Virus record (IMG/VR): IMGVR_UViG_3300045012_000081
Span: 1 to 50,046 of that record
Reading direction: 5' to 3' (one strand)
Length of the DNA stretch: 50,046 bases
From: a virus
Lineage: Duplodnaviria; Caudoviricetes
Both the position numbers and the translations under genes were made by a program. Positions 25,979-35,300 of this stretch are shown here, one piece after another (the first letter of the stretch is position 1; every line of letters starts with the position of its first letter). The notes beneath the pieces were generated by a model that saw nothing but the letters and a program-made list of their open reading frames with translations, was not told where the DNA came from and did not search any database.

Positions 25979-28073
25979 CTTCGAACTCTCCTTGAGTCTC
26001 GATCATACTGTGCGTGAGTTCGATCATCTTGACTACGCGGTCGAGGTGAGCGTTCTTCGCACCTATCTGGGCTTCGAGGAGCGCGATTGCGTGCCCTTGG
26101 TCGACGCCCTTGGCTTGCGCCATTTGGTTTGCTGCCTGGGCCGTGAGCAGAGCAATTTCGCTCTTGAGCTTATCGGCTTCGATCTGGAGCTCTGCTTGCT
26201 GCATCTTAGCTTTGTTCTGGACGTCTTGCATCTTCGCCTGAGCCACCATTTGTTTGGCTTGGGAGTCGAGCATTTTCGGATTCGGCAACGGCATTGCGCC
26301 GAGCGGGAAGCCTTCGGGAAGCGGCTTGCCTTGTTGCTGGGCTTGCATGCCTTGCATGAGGACTTCAGGCGCGACGAGGAACCGATCGGGGTCTTGGACC
26401 TTGAGCGCTTCGAGGTAGTATAGGCCGACTTGGTAGCGGTCCATACCAGGGATCATTGCCGCGCCCTGCATCATGGCTTGCGCCTGGTTGAAGCGTTGGG
26501 TGTCAGACATGTAGAACGGGTTCGCGCTGGGGCGGATTAGGTTCAAGCCCGGGGAGGTATAGTCCGCGCCGAAGATCGAGGCGGAGTTCCCTTTCGCGTC
26601 GTAGAACTTCGACTCACCATCGGCTAGGAAGTTAATGTTGAGGCGGAAAAGCTTTTGCAACTCACGTGTGAAAGCTTTATGCACGCGTTTGTAGATGCCG
26701 TTGAAGGTGCTCATGCCCTGCTCGACTAAGGATTGCTGGGTCGAGGCAGGTGTGTTTTGGCCAGGATTTTCGCCCAGCAATGCGTCAGTCGCGCCGGCAA
26801 CGTGCTGCGCGTACTCGATTAGCAAGCCGACGAGTTTGAAGAGGGTATCGGAAGGCTGTGGCACCGGCAACGGCATGATGTTGTCTTTCAGCTCGCTTCC
26901 GAGGCACTCCAGCGTGACCCATTTGCCTGGGGAGATGTGGAGATCCCCCTTCTTCATCTTAGAGCCCTTGCCCAGAAAGCCACCTCCCGCATTCGCAATG
27001 GTACCCGCGTCGAGCATTTGGTTAATGGCGGAGTCGATGACTTCGGAGATTGGACCAAGCAACGCGCCAAGGCCGAGGTCGTAAATGCCTCCATCAGGAC
27101 TGGGGATAAACGTGTACTTAGTGTATAGCCCGCTCGGAGCAATACGGAGGACGCGTGGCTTCGCGCGGCTAGAACCTTGTGGGCGAGTCCATGTGATATC
27201 TTTGCGAGTGAAGCAAGGTGCGAGTCGAAGGACCTGGCGCGTGTCGTGGCGCACGGTGGCCACATATGGCTCGCGGTAGTCGTCTCCGTCGAGATCGAGA
27301 TAGAGGCATTGCTCCAGGCACTCGTAAGGGGTGTCCCGGTCGACTGGAGGCGGATTTGTTCCCTGCCGTTTGTCCACCCCGTTACCGTCTCGAAGGGTTG
27401 GTGCCATTGGTATGATGGTGCCATTGGTGAACTCCGAGAAGGTACCGATAAGTTGCTGCTCGCGGACCGCATTGTGGGAGAGGTAAATGAGGTGTGTAAT
27501 GCGCTGGGCTTCTTCGACCGAGGTTGCCCAGTAGTTGATGTAGAGATCGCGCGGGTTGATGCACACCGAGCGGTTGATATTTCGCACTGGATCGTACCAC
27601 GTTTTCTTAAACACACATCCCATGATGGCTAGGATGAGCAACGCCTTGTCGGCCTCTTCTTCCCAGTCGAGCATTTCTTCCAGGATTTGGTACGACATGT
27701 GGCGCTGGATCCGTAAGGCGCGCTGTTCCTCTTGCTTGTCTCCAACAACGATAGGTTTAGTAGCAACTGGGTTAGGCCCGCCAATGAGCGCAGGGTACGC
27801 GCGCGACTGGAACTGCAGTGCGGCGATAGTGATAAGCGGAAACTTAACGTTAGCAGCGTGCTCCCAGGGAAAAGTTTTCTTCTCGACGACCTGGAGAGCC
27901 ATCTCCATCGCCTTCTGCATCCGGCGTTCCCAACCATCGCGCGAGTCCTTGTCTTGTTTAAAGTGCTCGCAGATCTCGTGACCGAGCCAACGGACTTCTT
28001 GTTCGTCAAGAAGCTCGATGAGGTTCGGTTCGCGCAAGATGGTTTCGAGCGGGATGACAGTTTCGATCTGCAT
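25902..28073 (-). CDS. portal protein
   Basis: Start MQIET; DKDSRDGW, FPWEHAANVKFPLIT.AALQFQSRAY, FIPSPDGGIY, INQMLDAGT; long C-terminal coiled coil. Confidence 0.85.
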   Translation of the reverse strand: MQIETVIPLETILREPNLIELLDEQEVRWLGHEICEHFKQDKDSRDGWERRMQKAMEMALQVVEKKTFPWEHAANVKFPLITIAALQFQSRAYPALIGGPNPVATKPIVVGDKQEEQRALRIQRHMSYQILEEMLDWEEEADKALLILAIMGCVFKKTWYDPVRNINRSVCINPRDLYINYWATSVEEAQRITHLIYLSHNAVREQQLIGTFSEFTNGTIIPMAPTLRDGNGVDKRQGTNPPPVDRDTPYECLEQCLYLDLDGDDYREPYVATVRHDTRQVLRLAPCFTRKDITWTRPQGSSRAKPRVLRIAPSGLYTKYTFIPSPDGGIYDLGLGALLGPISEVIDSAINQMLDAGTIANAGGGFLGKGSKMKKGDLHISPGKWVTLECLGSELKDNIMPLPVPQPSDTLFKLVGLLIEYAQHVAGATDALLGENPGQNTPASTQQSLVEQGMSTFNGIYKRVHKAFTRELQKLFRLNINFLADGESKFYDAKGNSASIFGADYTSPGLNLIRPSANPFYMSDTQRFNQAQAMMQGAAMIPGMDRYQVGLYYLEALKVQDPDRFLVAPEVLMQGMQAQQQGKPLPEGFPLGAMPLPNPKMLDSQAKQMVAQAKMQDVQNKAKMQQAELQIEADKLKSEIALLTAQAANQMAQAKGVDQGHAIALLEAQIGAKNAHLDRVVKMIELTHSMIETQGEFEDADKQREHEHSMAAMAPVGGNSPGR

Positions 28074-28242
28074 TACATGTCCTTGAGGTAGCAATCGCAG
28101 ACTTCGCGGCCACACAAGCCACAGCTGGTTGGTCGTACTACGCGCGGATTGCGGCGCTGGCATTCGAACCCAGACTCTTGCCAGCCAGTACAATCGCACT
28201 GAACGGAGTCAGCAAAGGCTATAAGCTCATGGAGAGGGCACT

Positions 28243-28425
28243 CTAGCCGCTGCGATTGATCAAGTTCCACTTGAGGAATTCCAACACTCCCACTGTCTGG
28301 CAGATCGTAAGCTCGTTGAATCTCTCCTGCGCAATCACCTTGCACAGCGCGTCCTGAAGCTGTGAAGGCAGGCTCTCCGTTGGCGCGATGCTCACCACCG
28401 GCGCTGAGCGAATTTCCGTAAGCAT
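28243..28425 (-). CDS. hypothetical protein
   Basis: AGGAG RBS; QTVGVLEFLKWNL motif. Confidence 0.55.
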   Translation of the reverse strand: MLTEIRSAPVVSIAPTESLPSQLQDALCKVIAQERFNELTICQTVGVLEFLKWNLINRSG

Positions 28426-28460
28426 TGAGTTTCTCCTGAACAGCTGGCATATTCATTACC

Positions 28461-29984
28461 TCAGTAACCTGTCGTCTCGCTGCGGCCCGAGTCGCCCGTT
28501 GCAGCAACCATTTCGTCGTATTCTTGCTCACGCTCTTCTTCCTCAGTCGGCGCGGCAGCTTGCGCGTCGAGGTCCATACCGATCATGCTTAAAGTGTCTA
28601 CGCGGTCATCGTGCTTCGCGCGGGGAAAGCCCATCATCTCTGACTCAAGGCCTTCGTAGCCTCCAGGCATTTGCTTGTTGTAGCGGCAGCCTCGGGCTGC
28701 GTGGCACGCTTGCCAGCTACGAGCGCGCATCTTCTTATCGGACTTGGGCTTGACCAGCTTGATGTTAAGGAAGTGATTCTTCTGCAACATCATAACGCGG
28801 AGGAAAGGCCCGACGGATTTGCTAATATTCTCGTCTTCGACTATCCAGTACTCAGGGCGGTAGATGAGGTCTAGCTCGAACCACAACTCCGCGGCTTTGA
28901 GCGTGTCGATAAGCTCAGCGCGCATATCAAGCACGTTACGAATGTTATCGCTAGACACTCCGACAACCCCAAACGCGGTGTTGTCTGTGTCTTTCTTTTC
29001 AGAGACAGCAAAATCAATTGCCCCATAGACGTTCATCGCGCGGGTATAGTCCGCGCCCTCCATTGCCACAAACCCCTCCGGTACGAAAAATTCATTCCCC
29101 TCTGCGATCGCGATGCCAAGGTACTCTTGTGAGTACCCATTCTTGTTGCGCATGTTGATGTAGCGCTGGCGGATTTTTCTCAGAGCCTTCTCGGTGAAAG
29201 CTTCAGGCCAAAGGATCTGAGAGAAATCGTCAAACGACTTGTGCGCGCTGCGGAAGAAACCGTACCACTGAGGCTGGTCCGCGGCCTCGTTTAGCTGGCT
29301 GTCTTCGAGGAAGTTCGCGAGAAGTGCATCCGCGTGCATGATAGTGCCAACCATGCGGATCTTGACTCCGTCGAAGGTACCAGCAGGGAGAACGGCATTG
29401 AGAAACCAGTTCTTGTGCTTCTTCCTCGACTCGTCGTTGAGAACCTCCTCGTCGTCTTCTAAGTCATCGATGCGGATCTTGCCAGGGCGTTTTTGGCGCC
29501 AGAGCTCACCGCGGACTTTTTGTCCTCGGCCTCGGGCCATGATGCAGAACTCGCGGCCTTTGACACGACCAATCAACTCAGTTTCGTTACACTTTACTAC
29601 CTCGCATGCGAAAGCCTCTTGCAAGTCCGCGTATTGGCTGTCGGTGAGAATGAACGCTATGTTGTCGAGAATCTGCGCGGCCTTCTTCTCATTTACTCCG
29701 ACGATGATTTCAAAGTCTTCAGCGCCAAAGAGCACATCTGCGAGAGCGCAAGTGATAGTACTTGCTGTTGTTTTTCCGTGACCGCGTGGACAGACAGCAA
29801 CTCCCAGTTCTGCGTCACTGCAATCCCACTCCCACAGATCGTGATGAAAGACGGGAGTTGGCTTTGCTTTGTCGAAACCAGCATGGAGGAACATCTCCGA
29901 AAATCCCGCGATCAGCGCCGCGTCGAGCTTGATGCGCTCGGCTCCAGCGGTGGGGTGCGGGTAGTTAAATGGCTTGCGGGCCAT
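28461..29984 (-). CDS. terminase large subunit
   Basis: Walker A CPRGHGKTT, Walker B RIDDLED, VGTIMHAD, nuclease AIDFAVS..DNTA, FPRAKHDDRVD. Confidence 0.92.
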   Translation of the reverse strand: MARKPFNYPHPTAGAERIKLDAALIAGFSEMFLHAGFDKAKPTPVFHHDLWEWDCSDAELGVAVCPRGHGKTTASTITCALADVLFGAEDFEIIVGVNEKKAAQILDNIAFILTDSQYADLQEAFACEVVKCNETELIGRVKGREFCIMARGRGQKVRGELWRQKRPGKIRIDDLEDDEEVLNDESRKKHKNWFLNAVLPAGTFDGVKIRMVGTIMHADALLANFLEDSQLNEAADQPQWYGFFRSAHKSFDDFSQILWPEAFTEKALRKIRQRYINMRNKNGYSQEYLGIAIAEGNEFFVPEGFVAMEGADYTRAMNVYGAIDFAVSEKKDTDNTAFGVVGVSSDNIRNVLDMRAELIDTLKAAELWFELDLIYRPEYWIVEDENISKSVGPFLRVMMLQKNHFLNIKLVKPKSDKKMRARSWQACHAARGCRYNKQMPGGYEGLESEMMGFPRAKHDDRVDTLSMIGMDLDAQAAAPTEEEEREQEYDEMVAATGDSGRSETTGY

Positions 29985-30213
29985 TGGCCAGCTCCCACTC
30001 GATATCGTCCGCGAGGTTGCGAAGGCAGTCCGCAATGCGCCGCTTGTCTTCCGCGCAATCCCCCGCATTGCTGATCTGAACCGACAGCACCTCGCGCGGA
30101 GTGCATTCAAACGTCACGGTCCAGAAGAACTTTTCCCCCGCCTTGGTAGGGTGGCGAAACGCTAGCACAGGTGCCAAGCCATGCACCGTTCCTTCGGCCC
30201 GTGCGTCAGTCAT
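29965..30213 (-). CDS. hypothetical protein
   Basis: Overlaps both neighbours in the late operon. Confidence 0.45.
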   Translation of the reverse strand: MTDARAEGTVHGLAPVLAFRHPTKAGEKFFWTVTFECTPREVLSVQISNAGDCAEDKRRIADCLRNLADDIEWELANGPQAI

Positions 30214-30560
30214 TTTCCATCTCCGTAATCCGCGCAGAGCTCACACTCAATAGCGAAGTGTGGCGTCCAGCGCGGTCTGGTGATCCATACAATTCTGCGA
30301 CGACCTGCAAGCCAGGTAGTGACTTCATCGTCGAACTCGGCGAGGGATTGCCGAATATCTCGAGTGTCTCCGCGCACAGTAAATCTTTGTACGCGGCCTC
30401 GAACACTGCTTTCAGTCCCGGCCACAAGCTCTTCGGTAGCGAAACCGTGGTAATTGGTCCACGCTGCGAGCCACTCATCAATCATCTCCTGAAGCATACT
30501 CGCGAGTGTCTTCGCGTTCGGCCCGTTCAAGGCTGGCAGAGGTAGTCGGATCTGGGACAC
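30210..30560 (-). CDS. hypothetical protein
   Basis: GTG start with GGAGG RBS. Confidence 0.5.
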   Translation of the reverse strand: MSQIRLPLPALNGPNAKTLASMLQEMIDEWLAAWTNYHGFATEELVAGTESSVRGRVQRFTVRGDTRDIRQSLAEFDDEVTTWLAGRRRIVWITRPRWTPHFAIECELCADYGDGK

Positions 30561-31137
30561 AGCGTGCCTCCACGTCGACAGGTTCTACATAAGGATCCTT
30601 GTAGCCTACAGCGCGGAGCTTGTGCGCGAGCTTCTCCAAGGTCTTGTTTGTTCCGTCGATGTGCGTGGGCTCACCGATTAGCAACTGGCGTTGTTTGAAG
30701 ATCTCGCCTGCGGCGCGCGCAAGGTCTCGGCCGGACATCTTGAGCCGAGCGAAGCCGTTCCCGCGCATGATAAAGTCCCCATGGACAATGCGGTCCTCGA
30801 GGGCTTCGAGTGTAAGGTTGTGGATGCGAGTGAGGCGGGCGTTTTTCATAGCCGACTCTTCGCGCCGGAGTGCCGCGAGTTCTGCCTGCCACCACTCAGT
30901 ACGTTGGAGTTTCTGGAGCTCGTAGATCGCAATCCCCAGCGCGCGCGAGACCTCAGCGAGGCTACCGCACTGCGCGTACATCCGGACCGCCTCCAGCTCA
31001 AGCTTAATCGGAGCTAGCTGGGAAGCGTCCTGGAGCAATGTTTGTTCGGTGCGTCCTACGGCTGGCGCGCAGTCAGCCACAGCCTCGCGCGAGGGCGATT
31101 CTGCCACCAGCTGGCCACCTTTGCCGTAGACTCTCAT
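30478..31137 (-). CDS. putative terminase small subunit (HTH)
   Basis: YAQCGSLAEVSRALGI..LQ.TEWW HTH, LEDRIVHGD, RQLLIGEPT; upstream of the large subunit. Confidence 0.6.
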   Translation of the reverse strand: MRVYGKGGQLVAESPSREAVADCAPAVGRTEQTLLQDASQLAPIKLELEAVRMYAQCGSLAEVSRALGIAIYELQKLQRTEWWQAELAALRREESAMKNARLTRIHNLTLEALEDRIVHGDFIMRGNGFARLKMSGRDLARAAGEIFKQRQLLIGEPTHIDGTNKTLEKLAHKLRAVGYKDPYVEPVDVEARCVPDPTTSASLERAEREDTREYASGDD

Positions 31138-31146
31138 GTCATCACC

Positions 31147-31335
31147 TTAAAGCTTCTTTTCCAGCGGGCCTTTCGCGTGCGGGACCTTGCTCGCCGCGGA
31201 GCCTTTGTGCGAAATGCTACCGCCAGTGTGCGGCTGGATCATCTGGCCTTTCGCATGAACCTGCTTGGCTTTGCCGACCGCGCCAGGCACTACACTATGC
31301 GCGGTCACCGTGACCCCTTTGCTCTTCCCTTTCAT
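31147..31335 (-). CDS. small basic hypothetical protein
   Basis: Lys/His-rich 62 aa; GAGG RBS. Confidence 0.5.
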   Translation of the reverse strand: MKGKSKGVTVTAHSVVPGAVGKAKQVHAKGQMIQPHTGGSISHKGSAASKVPHAKGPLEKKL

Positions 31336-31592
31336 TTCACCTCTCCCCCGACGTTGTTCTCTGGCAGGATTTTCTCCGCCACAGCCTCAACCGTGTCACC
31401 AGCTTCGATTGCCGCGTCCTTCGCATCGGCAACGGCCTGCGCAGCCACCAGGCCAAACCCATCCGCGCCAGCGATCTTCTTCACCCATTCCTCGCTCACA
31501 GTAACCGCATGCTCGGCCTCGAGCTTCACCGCGACCTCCGCGTGGGAGAGGCCTTGCGCCAGGTAAGCGCCAATCGTTGATAGCAAGTTCAC
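31332..31592 (-). CDS. hypothetical protein (first late gene)
   Basis: GGAGG RBS, GTG start, acidic and Ala-rich. Confidence 0.55.
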   Translation of the reverse strand: MNLLSTIGAYLAQGLSHAEVAVKLEAEHAVTVSEEWVKKIAGADGFGLVAAQAVADAKDAAIEAGDTVEAVAEKILPENNVGGEVK

Positions 31593-32072
31593 CCCACACC
31601 TCCGTTGTCAATTGCCAGGTTAGACCCGAGGCTACGAGGCAAAGTTCCCGAGCGGGCTGGGCGTAGACCTAGGGTTTGATCGCGGCCCTAGGACGGGCTG
31701 GCGCCGCTACCCACCCCACCCTATGCTAAAAATAGGGCCAGGTTATCCTACCCCCCATTCCGTGCGCCGCAGCGCCATCGGCGGCCTCGTCGGTGCCCGG
31801 TAGTCGCAACGCCCCAACCCTACCTTTATTCTCCGCAAAAACTAGGGTTCTCTCCCCACTTTTCACTCCGCTACAACTCAGGGCTATATCGCACGCGCGG
31901 GAGGCAGCTTTTTGCCCCCCGGGCGGGTCGAGCGCGATTGCATCGCATGCGACTGGGGTCAATGGGTAGTGCCGCGCGGGCGCGCAGTCGATTGCATCGC
32001 GTGCGATAGAGCTGCAGCCGTGCCGCGCGTCGAGATCGCGGGGCTAGGCATAGCGATACTCGCGCAACATGG

Positions 32073-32293
32073 GGAACATGAAAACCGTGGAAACACGGGG
32101 ACGAGGGAAGGTGATCTTAGGTGAGGGACGGTAGGTGTGTGTGTGGTGTGTAGTGGTGTGTATATGTATGAAGATTTAAAAAAATTAAGTAACTACTACA
32201 TACACACTCTACCCTACCTACCTACCTACCCTCTCCCCTCACTAGCGAAGAGGTCGGATGGGGCTGTCCGTGTTTCCACGGTTCCCGTGTTCC
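32073..32293. repeat. large imperfect inverted repeat around an AT-rich core (candidate origin/terminus)
   Basis: AACCGTGGAAACACGG at 32083-32098 and its exact reverse complement at 32268-32283. A GT-rich arm and a CTAC-repeat arm flank TTTAAAAAAATTAA. Confidence 0.7.
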
Positions 32294-32437
32294 GGCAATA
32301 TCGGGAATATCGCTATCGCTACCGGTATTCGATAGATAAATATCATAATGCCATGTTGCGCTAAATCACCTATACTGGAATCTAGTTCGCGGCAACCCCA
32401 CGTCACACGGCACGGGTAACATGGTTCGGAGACTATA

Positions 32438-32602
32438 ATGAATGCACTAGGGACAATGGATGACTTTGGTAATCACATGGGACTGATCACCGCGCGGATG
32501 TCAACGGCGACATTGGATGCGCAGTTGCTGTGGCTGGTCAGTGACGAAGCGGTGGCGGAGCAGTTCACCGATAGTTTCCTTCAATCGTTCGGGGCTTGCT
32601 AA
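32438..32602 (+). CDS. small early protein (not in ORF track)
   Basis: GGAG RBS; MNALGTMDDFGNHMG..., 54 aa. Confidence 0.45.
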   Translation: MNALGTMDDFGNHMGLITARMSTATLDAQLLWLVSDEAVAEQFTDSFLQSFGAC

Positions 32603-32606
32603 AATT

Positions 32607-32831
32607 ATGTACAGACTATTTGATCTAATCCGCGCGGTGCGCGCATTGCTGCAGCCCTACGAGGTGGACGTGGTGTGGGATGGAGACTTTTACCGGCACC
32701 GCGCATGGACGACTAGCGATGCGCGCGAGTGGATGGCGCAATATCCGCAGGCTTATTGCGAAGTGTGGACGCGCGGACTGTATCGCGGTCCGGTTATCGT
32801 GGCAACGCGCGGGAGGTGGTGCGATGCGTGA
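32607..32831 (+). CDS. hypothetical early protein
   Basis: MYRLFDL...HRAWTTSDAREWMAQYP. Confidence 0.55.
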   Translation: MYRLFDLIRAVRALLQPYEVDVVWDGDFYRHRAWTTSDAREWMAQYPQAYCEVWTRGLYRGPVIVATRGRWCDA

Positions 32832-32895
32832 GACCTTTTGGTTCCTCGTGTTTCTGTTGGTGATCGTTGGGTGCGTGTTGCTTAGTTTCATCTAG
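32824..32895 (+). CDS. small membrane peptide
   Basis: GGAGG RBS; MRETFWFLVFLLVIVGCVLLSFI. Confidence 0.4.
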   Translation: MRETFWFLVFLLVIVGCVLLSFI

Positions 32896-33108
32896 TCGGC
32901 TTACTAGAGCCGTGGAACACGGCGCATGGCGTTGCGGGTTGCGCGCAACGTGCTACGGCTCTAGCTAGTTGATTGCAAGTGAGGTGTATGATGCGTGAAT
33001 TTTCTAGTTTCATTGCAGCGCGCGGGTTTGTTGCGATTTGTCATGAGCGCGCGGTGGCGTGTAGCGAAGTGCGGCGCATTGGTGCGCGGTATTTTGTGGA
33101 GGTGCGCG

Positions 33109-33477
33109 ATGGCGCGGAGTAAGGGGGTTTGGCCTAGTTGGTTTCGCGTGGCGCTCGAGCAAGTCCGCGCGGACGGGTTTGCGCTAGCGGAATTCCCTAC
33201 GCAAGCGGAATGCGAGCGAGAGAGACTAAGATTTTACAAGTTTCTGAAAGAAACGCGGGAATGCGCGGACGATGCACTGGCCGACATTGCGCGCGAGTGT
33301 GTCGTGCAATGGCTTGCGAGCATGGATAACGGCAAGTCCAAGCGAGTGCTGCGGTTTGAAAAGCAGTCGAATACCGCGAACCCGCTAGTGAGCGGTGGCA
33401 AGGCAAGCGAAGTAGCAGAGCAGGCTGAGGTAGAAAGGTTGCTGAAAGAAATGCGCACGGCGTTTAAGGAAAAGTAA
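33109..33477 (+). CDS. hypothetical early protein
   Basis: GGAGG RBS before MARSKGVW. Confidence 0.6.
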   Translation: MARSKGVWPSWFRVALEQVRADGFALAEFPTQAECERERLRFYKFLKETRECADDALADIARECVVQWLASMDNGKSKRVLRFEKQSNTANPLVSGGKASEVAEQAEVERLLKEMRTAFKEK

Positions 33478-33584
33478 GCCAGTTACAATTTTCACCTAGG
33501 CTTTTTTCGCGCATGTGCTAGACTGAAATTGTCGCCAATGCGACACATTACCCGGGCGAACGACCCTAATTGAAGGAGATAGAC

Positions 33585-34151
33585 ATGTCTGACACTCTCA
33601 CGCAGGATAACGCGGTTGAAACTACCGCGACGGCAGCCCCGAAGAAAATGAAAATGACGGAGACGCACGGGGACGGGAACCTCGTCACGTTTCGCATTGT
33701 GTTTGGCAATGGCGCGGAGCATGAATTTTCGTTCGACCCTACATCGGAATTGTATCATTCCTTCGCCGTGCATGGGGCGCGCCAGAAGTTATCCGATGCG
33801 GGCTCGACCAAAAAGACTGCGGACGATGCCGAGAAAGCCGTTGCGGGCCTGATCGAGGCGCTCGAGGCAGGTGAATGGAGCATGAAAGGCTCGGGCGATG
33901 GAGAGCCGACAGGGGGCTTGCTCGCAAAGGCTCTCGCGAACCTCTACAAGCGTGAATTGTCCGACGTGCGGACTTACCTTGCTGGCTTGCACGAGGATCC
34001 GAAGAAGCGGACCAAGATTCATAACGCCCTCCGCGCGCAACCGGAAGTTGCGGCAGAAATCGAGCGCATTCGCCCGCCGAAGAAAGAACGGAAGGTGAAC
34101 GAAAGCGCGGCGCAGGCAGCTGCGGCGGCTCTCGCAGGGTTGAAGTTGTAA
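33585..34151 (+). CDS. hypothetical early protein
   Basis: AAGGAG RBS; HGARQKLSDA...GEWS. Confidence 0.7.
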   Translation: MSDTLTQDNAVETTATAAPKKMKMTETHGDGNLVTFRIVFGNGAEHEFSFDPTSELYHSFAVHGARQKLSDAGSTKKTADDAEKAVAGLIEALEAGEWSMKGSGDGEPTGGLLAKALANLYKRELSDVRTYLAGLHEDPKKRTKIHNALRAQPEVAAEIERIRPPKKERKVNESAAQAAAAALAGLKL

Positions 34152-34313
34152 GCACGGAACGCGCGGGCACCGCGAAAAGCGATGCCTTGCGTGCTGTGTG
34201 CATTAGCAGGGGCGAAACGCGATGCGCGGCTTCATGCGCGCATGTCTAGGGTGTAGCAGCCTAGAGCCCCGCCTAATGCGCATCCGGCGCATTGTTACGG
34301 AACGGAGGCAGGA

Positions 34314-34508
34314 ATGGACGGTAAAATAGTGGATAGCGCGGAATATGGCGAGCATATCGCGCTGACTTGCGTGAATCACCCGAGGCTGCGGTGGAGCACA
34401 AAAAACATCGCGCCAATCGGCTGCAGGACGATTTTCTTCAATCCGCATGCGGACCCAGAAATGGGCGGGGAGTGTAGCTGCACGTGTGACGATTTGCGCG
34501 CGGTTTAA
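34314..34508 (+). CDS. hypothetical Cys-containing protein
   Basis: GGAGG RBS; LTCVNHPRLRWSTKNI...ECSC. Confidence 0.6.
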   Translation: MDGKIVDSAEYGEHIALTCVNHPRLRWSTKNIAPIGCRTIFFNPHADPEMGGECSCTCDDLRAV

Positions 34509-34526
34509 CTAGTCTCGGAGACTATC

Positions 34527-34706
34527 ATGGAATTAGAATCAATTAAGAGCATCTTGATCCGTCGCGACGGTATGACTGCGCTCGAGGCAATTGAAGTGAT
34601 TCATGAAGCCCGCGCGCGGATAGCCGACGGAGAGGATCCCGAAGAAATCTTGCACGAGGAATTTGGTCTGGAACCAGATTATATTTTTGACCTGTTGAAG
34701 CTGTAA
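34527..34706 (+). CDS. conserved small phage protein (not in ORF track)
   Basis: GGAG RBS; MELESIKSILIRRDGMT...DPEEILHEEFGLEPDYIFDLL, 59 aa. Confidence 0.7.
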   Translation: MELESIKSILIRRDGMTALEAIEVIHEARARIADGEDPEEILHEEFGLEPDYIFDLLKL

Positions 34707-34757
34707 CCAGTCTCCCCTCGCGCGGATATGTCCCTGGGCTGCGCGAGGTTTTCCGTA

Positions 34758-34800
34758 CCGTAGTGCGCACTGGCAATCACTTGCGCACTACGGGCTTTTT
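34758..34800 (+). terminator. intrinsic terminator-like hairpin
   Basis: CCGTAGTGCGCA / TGCGCACTACGG 12-bp stem followed by GCTTTTT. Confidence 0.55.
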
Positions 34801-34939
34801 GCCACCGCGTTAGTTAACCGCGCGAGCGGTTGCACAAGTCTCCGACCTCGCGTGCGAGGGTGCGTAAAACTAGCGCGGTTACAAAAGGGGCGCGGCTTGC
34901 CGCGATGCATGGCATTGCACTTTCAATGGAGGACCCAAG

Positions 34940-35173
34940 GTGGCTGAACTAATCAAACCTTTCTCGGTCAAGCAATCGCTCGAGATGAAGCTCTACCGCG
35001 TTGTCAAGTGCGTGGTAGCAATGCCGGGGATTGGGAATACAGATGCCTTCGCGGTCCAGCGCGTCTATGCGTTGCAAGAGGCTCCGACGGTTGCGATGTT
35101 CGTGATCCGAGAGCACGCGGAGCAATATTGCTCTTGGCTGATCGCGCAACAAGTCGAGATCAATCGTGTCTAG
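34940..35173 (+). CDS. hypothetical protein
   Basis: GGAGG RBS, GTG start. Confidence 0.55.
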   Translation: MAELIKPFSVKQSLEMKLYRVVKCVVAMPGIGNTDAFAVQRVYALQEAPTVAMFVIREHAEQYCSWLIAQQVEINRV

Positions 35174-35271
35174 CGCGCACTGGGTGGAGCTTGTGGGAGT
35201 GCTGGTGGCGCTAGCGTTGTTCGCGTGGCTGGTAACGCCTCCGCGCGAGTGAGGTTGTTACAATTTTGTGG

Positions 35272-35300
35272 TTGACAAACCTAGGGTTTTATCCTATCAT
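35272..35300 (+). promoter_or_regulatory. sigma70-type promoter
   Basis: TTGACA (35272-35277), a 17-nt spacer, then TATCAT (35295-35300). Confidence 0.75.

Noticed and set aside
28073-28531. 152-aa Cys-rich ORF between terminase and portal
   Set aside because: It overlaps the terminase end and a better-supported ORF (28243-28425). Only the Cys-rich 3' part may be real and its start is unclear.
34200-34279. Hammerhead ribozyme (GAAAC in a three-way junction)
   Set aside because: The CUGANGA core is absent.
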